A DNA stretch of 64,000 nucleotides from a virus. The stretch covers positions 23,305 to 87,304 of IMG/VR virus record IMGVR_UViG_3300046727_000675. One strand, written 5' to 3'. Both the position numbers and the translations under genes were made by a program. Below are positions 9,105 to 19,300 of this stretch, one piece after another. Position 1 is the first letter of the stretch. The number at the start of each line of letters is the position of its first letter. The notes under the pieces are model-generated. The model was not told where the DNA came from. It made no database searches and saw nothing but the letters and a program-made list of their open reading frames with translations.

Positions 9105-9866
9105 GTGAATATACAATTCGGTAGCGGGGTTCTCTACGGAAAGCCGTCGGCGGGAAACTTGCCGGCGAACCCGACTCCCTTCAAGTTCGGCGTGCTGCAG
9201 GAGTGCAACGTCGACTTCAAGGGCGACCTGAAGAAGCTCTTCGGGCAGTACCAGCTCCCCGTGGCGACCGCGCGCGGGAAGCTCGAGGTCAACATCAAGG
9301 GGAAGCTCGCCGTGTTCGACATCGGCATGCTGAACCAGGTCTACTTCGCGCAGACCCAGACCCCGGGCTACAACAAGGTCTCGGACGGCGGCATCGGCGC
9401 GGCGCAGGCCGTGAACGCCACGACGAACACGGCGACCGTGTCCAACACCCCGATCGTCGAGGACTGGGGCGTGCAGGACGGCGTGACCGGGCAGAACCTG
9501 GTCTACTCGGGCGGCGGCGCGCCGGCGGCCGGGCAGTACAACGTCAACCTGACGAGCGGCGTGTACACGTTCAACAGCGGCGACGGCCGCACCTCGGTGC
9601 GCATCAGCTACACCTACGCGTCGAACGTGACGGGGCAGGTGACGGTGTCCCTGGCCAACCAGCTGATGGGGTACGCCCCGGAGCTGTCGATGCTGCTCTA
9701 CGACAACTTCCGGTCGAAGTACCTGGCGCTGGAGCTCAACGACGTGACGCTCGGCTCGATCTCGATGCCGACGAAGCTCGAGGACTTCTGGATCTCGGAC
9801 TTCGACGGCTCGGCGAACGCGGACGCGTCGAACAACCTCGGCAAGCTGATGGCCGACCTCGCCTAG
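9105..9866 (+). CDS. Major tail tube protein
   Basis: Strong RBS after an AT-rich spacer. FGSGVLYG...FGVLQECNVDF...KKLFGQYQLPVA pattern. Lies upstream of the chaperones and tape measure. Confidence 0.75.
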   Translation: MNIQFGSGVLYGKPSAGNLPANPTPFKFGVLQECNVDFKGDLKKLFGQYQLPVATARGKLEVNIKGKLAVFDIGMLNQVYFAQTQTPGYNKVSDGGIGAAQAVNATTNTATVSNTPIVEDWGVQDGVTGQNLVYSGGGAPAAGQYNVNLTSGVYTFNSGDGRTSVRISYTYASNVTGQVTVSLANQLMGYAPELSMLLYDNFRSKYLALELNDVTLGSISMPTKLEDFWISDFDGSANADASNNLGKLMADLA

Positions 9867-9939
9867 CCTGGCGAGGAGCGGCAATTGAGAGGGCGGGGGC
9901 GGCAGGACCGGCCCCCGCGCCCCTCGGAAAAGGAAGACC

Positions 9940-10278
9940 ATGGAAGAGCGGGTCAAGTACGACGGGGAAAGAATCAAGCTGGGCGACCGCGAGTTCGTCA
10001 TCCCGTGCCTGACAGTGAAGCAGGCCAAGAGGATGTGGACGCAGATCACGGAGCTCGACAAGGGGATCACCGAGCAGAACCTGCCGGAGAAGTACTCGTC
10101 AGCGGTCGAGGTCATCCACGCGGCGCTCTCGCGCAACTACCCGGACTTGAAGGTGGACGAGCTCGAGGAGCTGCTCGACGTGAGGAACCTGCGGGCGGCG
10201 ATGCTCGCCGTGATGGGGCGATCGGGGCTCAAGCCGCGCCCGGGGGACGAGCCGGCGGCGGGACCCACCGCGTCCTGA
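9940..10278 (+). CDS. Tail assembly chaperone (G-like)
   Basis: 112 aa gene between tail tube and tape measure, with RBS AAGGAAG. Confidence 0.75.
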   Translation: MEERVKYDGERIKLGDREFVIPCLTVKQAKRMWTQITELDKGITEQNLPEKYSSAVEVIHAALSRNYPDLKVDELEELLDVRNLRAAMLAVMGRSGLKPRPGDEPAAGPTAS

Positions 10279-10577
10279 GCTGGGCCCGGCTGTACGGGCT
10301 CATCATCACCGCCACCGGCTGGACGTTCGAGTACGTGGACGACATCGACCTGCCCCGCGCGCTGGAGCTTGCCGGGTTCGCCGGGGAGGAGTCAAGGGCG
10401 GTCCGCGGGGAGTTTCGCGGCGACGCGGCCGAGAGTCCGCGGAGCGAGATCGACCCGGCGGCCGTCTCGAAGCTCTCGACGATGCCGGGGCTGGGCGGCA
10501 TGCACCAGCTGACCGACGCGGCGCGCGAGGCGATCGCGTGGGCCGAGCGGATGAAGGAGAAGCACAAGATCTCGTAG
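10239..10577 (+). CDS. Tail assembly chaperone extension (T-like), probably reached by -1 frameshift
   Basis: The -1 frame (LSWARLYGLIITATGWTFEYV...) has no good start of its own. In-frame C CCG GGG GAC at 10239-10248. Confidence 0.6.
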   Translation, partial: PGGRAGGGTHRVLSWARLYGLIITATGWTFEYVDDIDLPRALELAGFAGEESRAVRGEFRGDAAESPRSEIDPAAVSKLSTMPGLGGMHQLTDAAREAIAWAERMKEKHKIS

Positions 10578-10584
10578 AGACCCT

Positions 10585-13479
10585 ATGGCGACCAACGACA
10601 CGGTTCTAGAGGTAGGCGCGCTCATCGACCTTGGGCAGTTCACCCCCGGGGTTCAGACGATGGCGTCGGAGACCCACGCCGCGACCGAGGAGATGAACAC
10701 CGACTTCGACCGCGTGGTCAGCGGGTCGAAGAAGCTCGGCTACAGCATGACCGAGGCGCGCCACACGGTGGTCGGCCTCGGCGAGGAGATCGGCGTCCAC
10801 GTCCCGCGCGTCATCTCGACCTTCATCGCGTCGATCGGGCCGATCGGGTCGATCCTCGCGGCCGCGTTCGCGCCGATCGCGCTCATCGGGATCGTGCAGC
10901 TCCTCGGGCAGGTCGGGCAGAAGCTCGCCGAGCTCAGCGAGCAGGAGGAGAAGACCAGGACCGACGTCGCGAACTTCGACCGCGAGATGAACGCGTCGGC
11001 CGAGGCGCTCGACCGGGTGAAGGAGAAGGCCGCGGAGCTCGCCGGGGGGCCGCTCGCAGGCCTGGCGGCCGAGATGGCGCTCGCCGGCGACAAGACCCTC
11101 GACATCTCGAAGTACGTCGAGGAGCTGAACAAGAGGCTGGCCGACTCGCCGGGGTTCTGGCGCTCCGTCGGCGGCGCGATCGGCGGCGCGGCCGTCGACG
11201 CGTGGCACCTGTTCGACGACGCCGCGGACGACGCGGAGCGCACGTCGAAGGACTTCAACCAGGAGCTGGCCAACTCGGTCAAGCAGTCGCGCGACCTGGG
11301 CGGGGCGATCGACCTGATGGCGGGGCGGCTTCGGTCCCTGAAGGACGCAAAGGCCGGGGTGAACCTCGCCGCGTACACCGTCGCGCAGGACGAGGAGTTC
11401 GACCGGCAGATCAAGATCACGGCGCAGGCCCTCGCGCACCTGAAGGAGATGCAGGCGAAGTTCGACCAGGAGAAGGCGAACCAGGCCAGCGAGGCGAGCC
11501 TGAAGCTCCTGAGCGAGCAGGAGAAGTCCGTCCTAAAGCAGAACGAGCTGGAGTCCGCCCGCGTCGCATTGCTGCGCAGGCTCGGGCTGCAGACAGAGGA
11601 GGAGACGCGCTCCAGCCTCCTGCGTCTCGAGGACGAGCGCTTCCGGATCGCGTCGGCCGGGGTCGCCCGCCAACGCGTCCTTCTCGAGCAGCAGGCGAAG
11701 GCGCAGCCCGGCGTGGACTTCGCCCAGGCGCGCGCGGGGCAGGACGCGCAGGCCGCGGAGCTCTTCCAGGAGCACGAGAAGAAGAGGTTCGAGATCTCAA
11801 GCGCGACGGACGACAAGATCACCGCGCGGGACAACGCGCTGGCGCTTCAACGCGTGACCGGGGCGAAGGAGGTGGCCGCCGCGGTGGCGGCCGCCGCGAC
11901 CGCGGAGGTCGAGCGCGAGTTCCAGGCGCGCGAGGTCACAGCCGAGCGCGAGACCCAGGTGCTGCGGGCGCAGGCGGAGAAGCGGCAGCGGGCGGAGCAG
12001 GACGTGCTGGACGAGCAGTTCCGGCAGGCGCAGGCCCGCGGCGAGGTCGGGGAGAAGGACCGGCAGGAGATCGACGACAAGCGCCGCGCCCACCTGGTCG
12101 CCAGCCAGGCGGAGCTCGACAAGATCGACGCGGACGGGAAGAAGAACAGCGAGGCGAGGTTCGCCGAGAACGTGGACCGGCAGCTGGCGCTGTCGCGCGA
12201 AAGCCTGGCCGAGCAGGAGCGGCTCCTGACGGCGGCGATCGCGGCCTATGTCGCGGCCTACGGCGCCGACGGCGAGGCCTACGAGAAGCTGGTCCAGAAG
12301 AAGAGCGAGCTGACCCTGCGGCTGGCCGACGCGCAGCGCGCCGAGCGGGCGCTCGAGCTCGACGCGGCCCTGGCGCATCAGCGCGCGCTTCTCTCGATCG
12401 AGCGCGCCGGCATCGAAACGCGGCAGGCGGTGGGCCTCCTGAGCCCCGGCCGCGCGGAGGCGCAGCTGGAAGCTGTGTCGCAGGTCGAGATCGCGGCCGA
12501 GAGACGGACGCTGCTGGCGAAGCAGGCCCTCTGGGAAAAGGGCTCCGCGGAGTACGCGCGGATCCAGAAGGAGCTCGAGGCGCTGAATGATCAGGGGCTG
12601 AGGCTCCAGGCCGAGGACGAGAACCGCGCGTTGCACGAGCGGATGGCGCGGTGGAAGACGTTCAGCGGGCAGCTCGCGGGGGACTTCTCGAACGCGATCG
12701 GGCAGATGATCCAGCGGCAGCGCACCGCGAGCGAGGCCTTCCGCGAGCTTGTCGGGAGCATGGTCACGCAGTTCGTGCAGGGGCTGGTGAGGATGGCCGT
12801 GCAGCACGCCCTGACCGAGCTCCTCATGCTGACCAGCACCGCGAAGACGCAGACGGCGCAGACGGCCGCGGTGGGGGCCGCGCAAACGGCGCAGACGGCC
12901 GCGATCGTCGCGGCGCAGACGGCGCAGACGGCCGCGATCGTCGCGGCGGGCAAGGCCCAGAAGGCGAGCGGCGCGGCGTCCGAGCCCGGCGACGGCTCCG
13001 CGGCGACGGACGAAGGAGCCGGCGCGGGGCCGACCGCGGCCGGGCTCGGGGCCAAGCCGACCGCAATCAGCCACGCCTACCAGGACGCGGCGAAGGCGTT
13101 CCACTGGGTCATGGGCGCCGTTCCTCCTCCGATCAGCTTCGCGCTCGCGCCCATCGTGGCGGCCGGCGTGTTCTCCGCGGAGATGGCGTTCGCGAGCGGC
13201 ATCATCGCCTCGGCGGCCGGCGGGTTCGAGGTGCCGCACGACCAGCTCGCGTTCCTCCACAAGGAGGAGAAGGTGCTGCCGCGCGGAATCTCCCAGGGCT
13301 TCAACCGCATCATCGAGCAGGGCGGCGCGGGCGGCGCGACGAGCGTGACGCACCACCACAACTACAACATCACCGTGCCCCAGGGGCCGAACCGGGCGGA
13401 GACCCTCAGGATGGTGCACGACGAGCTTGTGCCGATGATCCGGTCGGCCTCGCGGAAAGGGCTTCTCCCCAGCGCATGA
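10585..13479 (+). CDS. Tape measure protein
   Basis: 964 aa Ala/Glu-rich helical protein after the chaperones, with C-terminal SAAGGFEVP...LHKEEKVLP. Confidence 0.9.
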   Translation: MATNDTVLEVGALIDLGQFTPGVQTMASETHAATEEMNTDFDRVVSGSKKLGYSMTEARHTVVGLGEEIGVHVPRVISTFIASIGPIGSILAAAFAPIALIGIVQLLGQVGQKLAELSEQEEKTRTDVANFDREMNASAEALDRVKEKAAELAGGPLAGLAAEMALAGDKTLDISKYVEELNKRLADSPGFWRSVGGAIGGAAVDAWHLFDDAADDAERTSKDFNQELANSVKQSRDLGGAIDLMAGRLRSLKDAKAGVNLAAYTVAQDEEFDRQIKITAQALAHLKEMQAKFDQEKANQASEASLKLLSEQEKSVLKQNELESARVALLRRLGLQTEEETRSSLLRLEDERFRIASAGVARQRVLLEQQAKAQPGVDFAQARAGQDAQAAELFQEHEKKRFEISSATDDKITARDNALALQRVTGAKEVAAAVAAAATAEVEREFQAREVTAERETQVLRAQAEKRQRAEQDVLDEQFRQAQARGEVGEKDRQEIDDKRRAHLVASQAELDKIDADGKKNSEARFAENVDRQLALSRESLAEQERLLTAAIAAYVAAYGADGEAYEKLVQKKSELTLRLADAQRAERALELDAALAHQRALLSIERAGIETRQAVGLLSPGRAEAQLEAVSQVEIAAERRTLLAKQALWEKGSAEYARIQKELEALNDQGLRLQAEDENRALHERMARWKTFSGQLAGDFSNAIGQMIQRQRTASEAFRELVGSMVTQFVQGLVRMAVQHALTELLMLTSTAKTQTAQTAAVGAAQTAQTAAIVAAQTAQTAAIVAAGKAQKASGAASEPGDGSAATDEGAGAGPTAAGLGAKPTAISHAYQDAAKAFHWVMGAVPPPISFALAPIVAAGVFSAEMAFASGIIASAAGGFEVPHDQLAFLHKEEKVLPRGISQGFNRIIEQGGAGGATSVTHHHNYNITVPQGPNRAETLRMVHDELVPMIRSASRKGLLPSA
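12847..12948 (+). repeat. About three imperfect 33-bp tandem repeats (AQTAQTAAIVA-like) in the tape measure gene
   Basis: cagacggcgcagacggccgcg recurs with an 11-aa period. Confidence 0.8.
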
Positions 13480-14405
13480 GCAACGACGTCTATCCCTCCC
13501 CGTTCCGCGGGCTCGCGTTCACCGTGACCAAGACCCCGCAGTTCTCGAACATCCTGCAGTCCTCGGCCTCGCTCGCGGAGGTCACGATCGCGCAGACGGC
13601 GAACCCGGTCTGGGCCTGGCAGCTCGTCTACGAGGTGCTGTTCAACGACGCGCGCTCCACGGCGGGGTTCTCGCCGTACACCGACCTGCAGGAGCTGATG
13701 GGGTTCTTCCTCAAGCAGCAGGGGCGGTTCTCGAACTTCCTCTACCTCGACCCCGACGACAACGCCGTGGGCCCGGCGATCTCCTCCAACGGGGCGAACC
13801 TCGCCCCCGCGGCCACGGGGACCCCGAGCGCGACGGCCGCCCTGCAGCTCGTGAACGACGGCGCCGGGAACTACTACACCCCGTTGCAGCGGAACCTGGG
13901 CGGGCAGTTCTATGAGGACGTCACGGACCTGAACGCGGCCGGGACCTACGGCGGCGCGGCGCAGGCGATCTACGTCAACGGGGCGCTAGCGAAGGGGTAC
14001 CTCGTGGCGGGCCCGGGCCTCGCGATCCCCGGCCACTCGTTCGGCGGGTTGTACGTCCCGTGGGCCTGGCGCGCGGGGCACGCGTACGCGCTCGGCGACA
14101 CGATCATCGACCCCGCCGGACACCTGCAGAAGGCGACGACGGCCGGAACGTCCGGGGGGACGATCCCGACGTTCAACGACGCGGGCAGCACGACCCCCGA
14201 CGGCGTCGGGACCCTGGTCTGGACGGACCAGGGCGCCGCGGCCGGTGTCACGGGGCAGTTCTCGTTCTACTTCCGCGTGCGCTTCGACGCGGACCAGCAG
14301 GACTTCGAGAAATTCGTCTACAACCTCTGGACGATCGGGGGCAGCGAGGGGCGGAACGGGAGCGGGTCGCTGAAGCTGGTGACGAGCCGGGTGCCGCTGA
14401 TATGA
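13476..14405 (+). CDS. Distal tail protein, DUF2460-like, with carbohydrate-binding-like insert
   Basis: KTPQFS, WQLVYEVL, FFLKQQGRF..FLYLDPDD and FSFYFRVRFD motifs, plus a WRAGHAYALGD..AGTSG..P.F insert. Confidence 0.75.
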   Translation: MSNDVYPSPFRGLAFTVTKTPQFSNILQSSASLAEVTIAQTANPVWAWQLVYEVLFNDARSTAGFSPYTDLQELMGFFLKQQGRFSNFLYLDPDDNAVGPAISSNGANLAPAATGTPSATAALQLVNDGAGNYYTPLQRNLGGQFYEDVTDLNAAGTYGGAAQAIYVNGALAKGYLVAGPGLAIPGHSFGGLYVPWAWRAGHAYALGDTIIDPAGHLQKATTAGTSGGTIPTFNDAGSTTPDGVGTLVWTDQGAAAGVTGQFSFYFRVRFDADQQDFEKFVYNLWTIGGSEGRNGSGSLKLVTSRVPLI

Positions 14406-15601
14406 GGAGCTTCACGGGGGGAGACGGGTCGGACACCACCGCGGCGGTCCTCGCGTGGCTGGCGGCCCACCGCGCCCTCATCCCGGCCGACCTCTATCTC
14501 ATCGGGGACCTCGACGACCCCCAGGCGCTGGCGCTCACCAGCTGGGAGTCGCCGCTCTGCTGGCCGATCTGGGGGACGAAGGACCCCGTGACGGGGCTCC
14601 TGCGGTTCCTCCCCGCCGTCGTCGAGCGGGGGGACATCGAGAGCAAGATCGGGCTCGCGGTCTCGGACCTCGAGCTCACCTGGACGCCCCTGAACACCGC
14701 GTACAGCGAGTCGATCGAGACGGCGAGCCCGTACCAGCTCGCGCAGCTCGGGTTCTTCGACAACAAGCTTTTTCGGTGCTGGACGACGCTCATGCCGACG
14801 CCGGGCGACGCCAGCACCTTCGGCGCCGCGGCGATGTTCGGCGGGCGCGTGGGGCAGTCGAAGACCGACCGCGGCAAGATCGTGTTCACCGTCAACAGCT
14901 TCCTCGACGTGGTGAACGAGATGGTCCCGACGAACGTGATCGAGCTGACGAACGCGCTCGCGGGGTACGCCGGCGCGACCCCGCCCGCGGGGATGGACGC
15001 GATCCCGCAGTTCGCCGTCGTCGCGGGCAGCGGGGGAAGCCCGCTGACCGCCGGCACGATCATCGGGGACGAGACGGGCCCGAACGCGCACCAGCTGTTC
15101 GCGCGGGACGCGCTGCGCGGCGGGTTCCTGATCTTCAACGCCGGCGCCGGCGCGACGCTCGCGCGGCAGCTCGCGCGGATCGCCTCGAACGACGTGGTCG
15201 TCATCGGCCTGAACCACTACAACCGGTTCATCCTCTACGACCCGCTGCCGTGGGCCCCGACGGTCGGGGTCGACACGTTCTTCGTGAGCGGCGCGGCGCC
15301 GGTCAACACGGGGGCGATCACCTCCGCGGAGATCGACAACCCCGGGACCGGCTTCACCGTCGGAGACCGGCTGTCGGTCAGCGATGGGCACGCGGGGACG
15401 GCCGCGGTGATCGAGGTCATGGCGGTCGGCGGGGGCGGCGCGATCGCCGCGGTCCAGGTCGTCGACGGCGGCCAGGGGTACATCCCGACGACGGGCGCCG
15501 CCGCCTCGGGCGGGACGGGCGCCGGCGCGACGTTCGACATCGGCGTGGTTCCAGAGGGGCAGGGGTTTCCGTACGTCCCCGCCCCGCAGACGGGGGTCTG
15601 A
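14402..15601 (+). CDS. Baseplate hub protein, DUF2163-like
   Basis: Lies between the DUF2460-like and NlpC/P60 genes. GFFD, MFGGRVG and terminal GFPYVPAP motifs. Confidence 0.7.
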   Translation: MRSFTGGDGSDTTAAVLAWLAAHRALIPADLYLIGDLDDPQALALTSWESPLCWPIWGTKDPVTGLLRFLPAVVERGDIESKIGLAVSDLELTWTPLNTAYSESIETASPYQLAQLGFFDNKLFRCWTTLMPTPGDASTFGAAAMFGGRVGQSKTDRGKIVFTVNSFLDVVNEMVPTNVIELTNALAGYAGATPPAGMDAIPQFAVVAGSGGSPLTAGTIIGDETGPNAHQLFARDALRGGFLIFNAGAGATLARQLARIASNDVVVIGLNHYNRFILYDPLPWAPTVGVDTFFVSGAAPVNTGAITSAEIDNPGTGFTVGDRLSVSDGHAGTAAVIEVMAVGGGGAIAAVQVVDGGQGYIPTTGAAASGGTGAGATFDIGVVPEGQGFPYVPAPQTGV

Positions 15602-15602
15602 G

Positions 15603-16091
15603 TTGATCGAGCTCGCGAACGACGGGATCTTGAAGAGACGCGCGGCGATCGTCGCGGAGGCGCGGTCGTGGGCCGGAACGCCGTACGTCGTGGGCGGCCG
15701 CGTCAAGGGCGCGGGCTGCGACTGCGGCTCGTTCCTCATCTCGGTGGCCGTGGCCTGCGGGCTGGTGACGGACGAGCAGCTCGCGCCGTACTCGATGGAC
15801 TGCTGGCAGCACTGGAAGGACGAGGTGTACTTCAAGCGGATCATGCGCGACACGGTCAAGGTGCTCGAGGGGGTGGTGTACCGCACGACGGAGATCCTCC
15901 CGGGGTCCCTGGTCCTCACGCGCACGGCCACGAGCAGTCACTTCAACCACGGCGGGATCGTCACCGCCTGGCCGCTGATCATGCACCAGCCGGGGCCCAC
16001 GGCGCGCGAGGCCGACGCGACGAGCCACCACCTGTGGGCGTACCACCCGCTGGCCGTGTTCGACTTCAACGCGCTGCGGGGAGGCGCGTAG
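15603..16091 (+). CDS. NlpC/P60 tail-associated peptidase
   Basis: EARSWAGTPY...GAGCDCGSFL...HGGIV...H catalytic pattern. Confidence 0.88.
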   Translation: MIELANDGILKRRAAIVAEARSWAGTPYVVGGRVKGAGCDCGSFLISVAVACGLVTDEQLAPYSMDCWQHWKDEVYFKRIMRDTVKVLEGVVYRTTEILPGSLVLTRTATSSHFNHGGIVTAWPLIMHQPGPTAREADATSHHLWAYHPLAVFDFNALRGGA

Positions 16092-19000
16092 TGTTCGGCG
16101 GGAAGTCCAACGCGCTCCACCGCGCCTACCTCGCGGGGCTGCAGGCGCAGACCAGCGTGTACGGCGCGACGATCCCGGTCTACTACGGCCGCACGCGCGG
16201 GAACCCGCTCGTTACCTGGGCCGCGAACCTGCGCGAAGGGTCGTCACTCACGCAAAAAAAATCTTCACTTTTTTTCCATCCGACGACCTACGTCCGCAAC
16301 GCGGACTACCTGATCGGTCACAACCCGATCGTCAACCTGCTGCAGATGTGGTGGAACAACAACAAGCTCAGCCTGAACTTCGTCAAGTACACGGCGCTGA
16401 TCACCTACCCGTTCGCGAACTCGAACGGCCACGTCACCATCCCCGACGCGGAGTTCTACTGCGTGCTCGCCGTGACGGCGAACGTCGCCTACGACGAGAC
16501 GTTCGACGACTACGGGGGGCAGGGGCCGAACCACGTGACGGGCGTCTTCGAGGCGCCGCTGTGGAACGTGAACTACGCCGGGCCGGACCCGACCGACCAG
16601 AACGGCTACCGCCAGTACCCCGCCGTGTACCAGTGGCTCCCGGGGTCGGGGCCGACGGTGAACTTCCCGCCGGGCGCGGTGTCGCTCATCCCGAACATCG
16701 TGCCCGACGGCGCGAGCTTCGACGTCAACATCTACTACGCGCAGCTCTCGCCGGGCGCGTGGAACTTCCACAGCAAGCATTCAAGGGGGATATTCGTCCC
16801 GTGCAACGCGCTGCGCTTCGGCTTCGAGTCGGTGCTCGGCAGCGACGCGTTCGTCTACACGGACGACGGCGCGCCGGCCGAGCAGCAGATCCAGTACCCG
16901 GCCTACGCGGGAATGGGGTCATCGTTCGAGGACTGCGGGGTGTCGGGCGTCGCGCCGCCGCTCCTGGCGGAGGTGCTCGGCTCGTTCCCGGTCAACGACC
17001 CCGACGGCGACGCGGACCACGCCGACATGATCGAGGACATCTTCAAGTCCGGCCCGGCGCAGGCGGGCTCGGGCGCGCCGGCCGCGTACGGCGACCTCCA
17101 CCACGGGCTCGGGTGCCTCGACTTCCCCGGCACGATCCAGAAGAAGGTCGTCTACGGCGGCGTCCAGCCGTGGCTCGACAACGTGACCTTCGACCTCGCG
17201 AACACGAAGGGGAACTACCTGTTCTGCCAGCTCGTGCAGGACACCCTGGTGCCGCAGGACGTGGGGATCTCGGACACCGCCGGGAACGCCTGGACCCCGC
17301 TGTACCCGCCGACGCTCTCGAAGCAGCTGTGGTACTGCGTGGCGAAGGCCGCGCAGTCGAACAAGATCACCTTCACGAACATCGATCGGTTCATGTCCGT
17401 CACGCTGCTCGAGATCGGGGGCCTCGACACGCTCGACGGCGCCCCGGCCTACGCGGCCGGCACCGGGGGGAAGTACCAGGCGACGGTCACGCCGACGAAC
17501 AGGCCGGGCGAGGACGCGCTGATCCTGTCGTTCGTCTCCGTGGACCCGGGGCAGGGGCCGATCCCCGCGCCGCCGTTCCACTGGGAGCGCAGCGTCAACG
17601 GGGGAGACTCGGTCGCCGCGCCGTCGCTCGCGATCGACTTGTACCGCACCAAGTTCCCGAAGGCCTACCCGCTCTCCTACTCCTTCGGGGGCGGGGCCCA
17701 CTGGAACGTGGTCCTGCTGTGCCTCAAGAACTCCGAGCCGAACACGTTCACCTCGCCGCTCGGCGACATCCTCGATGACGCGACGATGCGGCAGGCGCGG
17801 CTCCAGGCGCGGGCGTACGGGCTCAACGGCTCGCTGGTGATGGACTCGCAGAAGAAGGCCTCGGACTGGCTCGAGGAGCTGTACCGGGTGCTGAACGCGG
17901 CGCCGGTCTGGAGCGGGTTCAGGCTGAAGTCGATCCCGTACGCGGAGCAGAGCTTCGCGGGGCGCGGCGCGGTCTACGTCTCGCCGACGGCCGCGGGGCC
18001 GGTCATCGACCTGACGGAGGACGACTTCATCGCCGACGAGACCAACCCGCCGGTGACGGTGACGCGCAAGGCGCAGGTCGACGCGCCGAACCTCCACCAG
18101 ATCCAGGCGCCGAACCGCGACTCGAACTACGACGTGAGCGTGACCGCCGAGGCGGACAACGGGTCGATGACCCTGTACGGGACGCGCAAGGACTCGCCGA
18201 AGGCGTTCGCCTCGATCCAGACCACGCGGGTCGCGCGCATGATCCTCGGCATCATCTCCCGCGAGCAGAACATCATCCGCAACGCGTACTCGTTCAGGCT
18301 GCAGGCCCGCGTCGGCATCCCGCTCGAGGCCATGGACCTGGTCATGATCCCGAAGCAGGCCGTGCAGCCCGCGCCGGACCCCGCCCGCCCGGTCGCCGGC
18401 GCGATCGCGCTGCGGCTCACGAGCGTGAAGACGGACGGCAAGTACGGGGTCGCCTGCGAGGCGGAGCCGTTCATCTACGGGCTGCGCACCCCGCTCCCGC
18501 TCACGGTCTCGGTCGCGAACCCGAACCTGCCCGCCTTCGGCGGCGCCCCGCCGGACGTCAACGTCCCGGTCATCTTCGAGGCGGTGCCCGCGATCGCGGG
18601 GAAGACGAACCTCGGCGAGCTCTGGCTCGTCCTGTCGGCCGCCGGGAACTATGGCGGCTGCGTCGCGTACATGTCCACGGACGGCGGGGCGAGCTACCCG
18701 CTCCTCGGCCCGAACGGAGGGGGAATCATCACGGGCAGCGCGACGACCGGGGTCTCCACCGCCGACTGGCCGGCCGGCGCCGACCCGGACACGGCGAACG
18801 ACCTGCCCGTGGACCTGACCGAGTCCGCCGGCGCGCTCGCCTCCTTCCAGGTCTCGGACGAGGACAACTTTGTCTACCCGTGCTACATCGCGGGCGGCGG
18901 CGCGAACCCGATTCCGTACGGGCTGCTGGCCTACGCGATCGCGAACCTCACCGCGCCGAACAAGTACACGCTGAAGGCGACGGGCGGCGGGACCAACCAC

Positions 19001-19300
19001 CTTCGGCGCTCCGTGTTCGGCGCCCCCTGCCCGAGCCCCGACGTGGACCACCCGAACGGCTCGCGGTTCGCGTTCCTCGACCCGAACAATCCGGCGCCGG
19101 CGGGGATCCTGCGGCTCCCGCTGAACCCCGCGTGGATCGGCGTCACGCTGCACTTCAAGTTCACATCGTTCAACGCCGTCCACGGCGGCGTCCAGGACGT
19201 GGCCACCGTGACGGACTACACCTTCACCCCGACCGGGGTCCCGGGCGGCGTCAACCCGTCGGGGATCGGCCCCGTCGTGGGGCTGGTGAACGGAGCCTAG
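16091..19300 (+). CDS. Tail tip / host-specificity protein
   Basis: About 1070 aa after NlpC/P60. QTSVYGATIPVYYGRTR start, VWSG.LK.IPY and LRRSVFG motifs. GTG start overlaps the upstream stop. Confidence 0.85.
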   Translation: MFGGKSNALHRAYLAGLQAQTSVYGATIPVYYGRTRGNPLVTWAANLREGSSLTQKKSSLFFHPTTYVRNADYLIGHNPIVNLLQMWWNNNKLSLNFVKYTALITYPFANSNGHVTIPDAEFYCVLAVTANVAYDETFDDYGGQGPNHVTGVFEAPLWNVNYAGPDPTDQNGYRQYPAVYQWLPGSGPTVNFPPGAVSLIPNIVPDGASFDVNIYYAQLSPGAWNFHSKHSRGIFVPCNALRFGFESVLGSDAFVYTDDGAPAEQQIQYPAYAGMGSSFEDCGVSGVAPPLLAEVLGSFPVNDPDGDADHADMIEDIFKSGPAQAGSGAPAAYGDLHHGLGCLDFPGTIQKKVVYGGVQPWLDNVTFDLANTKGNYLFCQLVQDTLVPQDVGISDTAGNAWTPLYPPTLSKQLWYCVAKAAQSNKITFTNIDRFMSVTLLEIGGLDTLDGAPAYAAGTGGKYQATVTPTNRPGEDALILSFVSVDPGQGPIPAPPFHWERSVNGGDSVAAPSLAIDLYRTKFPKAYPLSYSFGGGAHWNVVLLCLKNSEPNTFTSPLGDILDDATMRQARLQARAYGLNGSLVMDSQKKASDWLEELYRVLNAAPVWSGFRLKSIPYAEQSFAGRGAVYVSPTAAGPVIDLTEDDFIADETNPPVTVTRKAQVDAPNLHQIQAPNRDSNYDVSVTAEADNGSMTLYGTRKDSPKAFASIQTTRVARMILGIISREQNIIRNAYSFRLQARVGIPLEAMDLVMIPKQAVQPAPDPARPVAGAIALRLTSVKTDGKYGVACEAEPFIYGLRTPLPLTVSVANPNLPAFGGAPPDVNVPVIFEAVPAIAGKTNLGELWLVLSAAGNYGGCVAYMSTDGGASYPLLGPNGGGIITGSATTGVSTADWPAGADPDTANDLPVDLTESAGALASFQVSDEDNFVYPCYIAGGGANPIPYGLLAYAIANLTAPNKYTLKATGGGTNHLRRSVFGAPCPSPDVDHPNGSRFAFLDPNNPAPAGILRLPLNPAWIGVTLHFKFTSFNAVHGGVQDVATVTDYTFTPTGVPGGVNPSGIGPVVGLVNGA

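Noticed and set aside
12847-12948. Tandem repeat as a novel element
   Set aside because: An 11-residue periodicity is ordinary for tape measure proteins.
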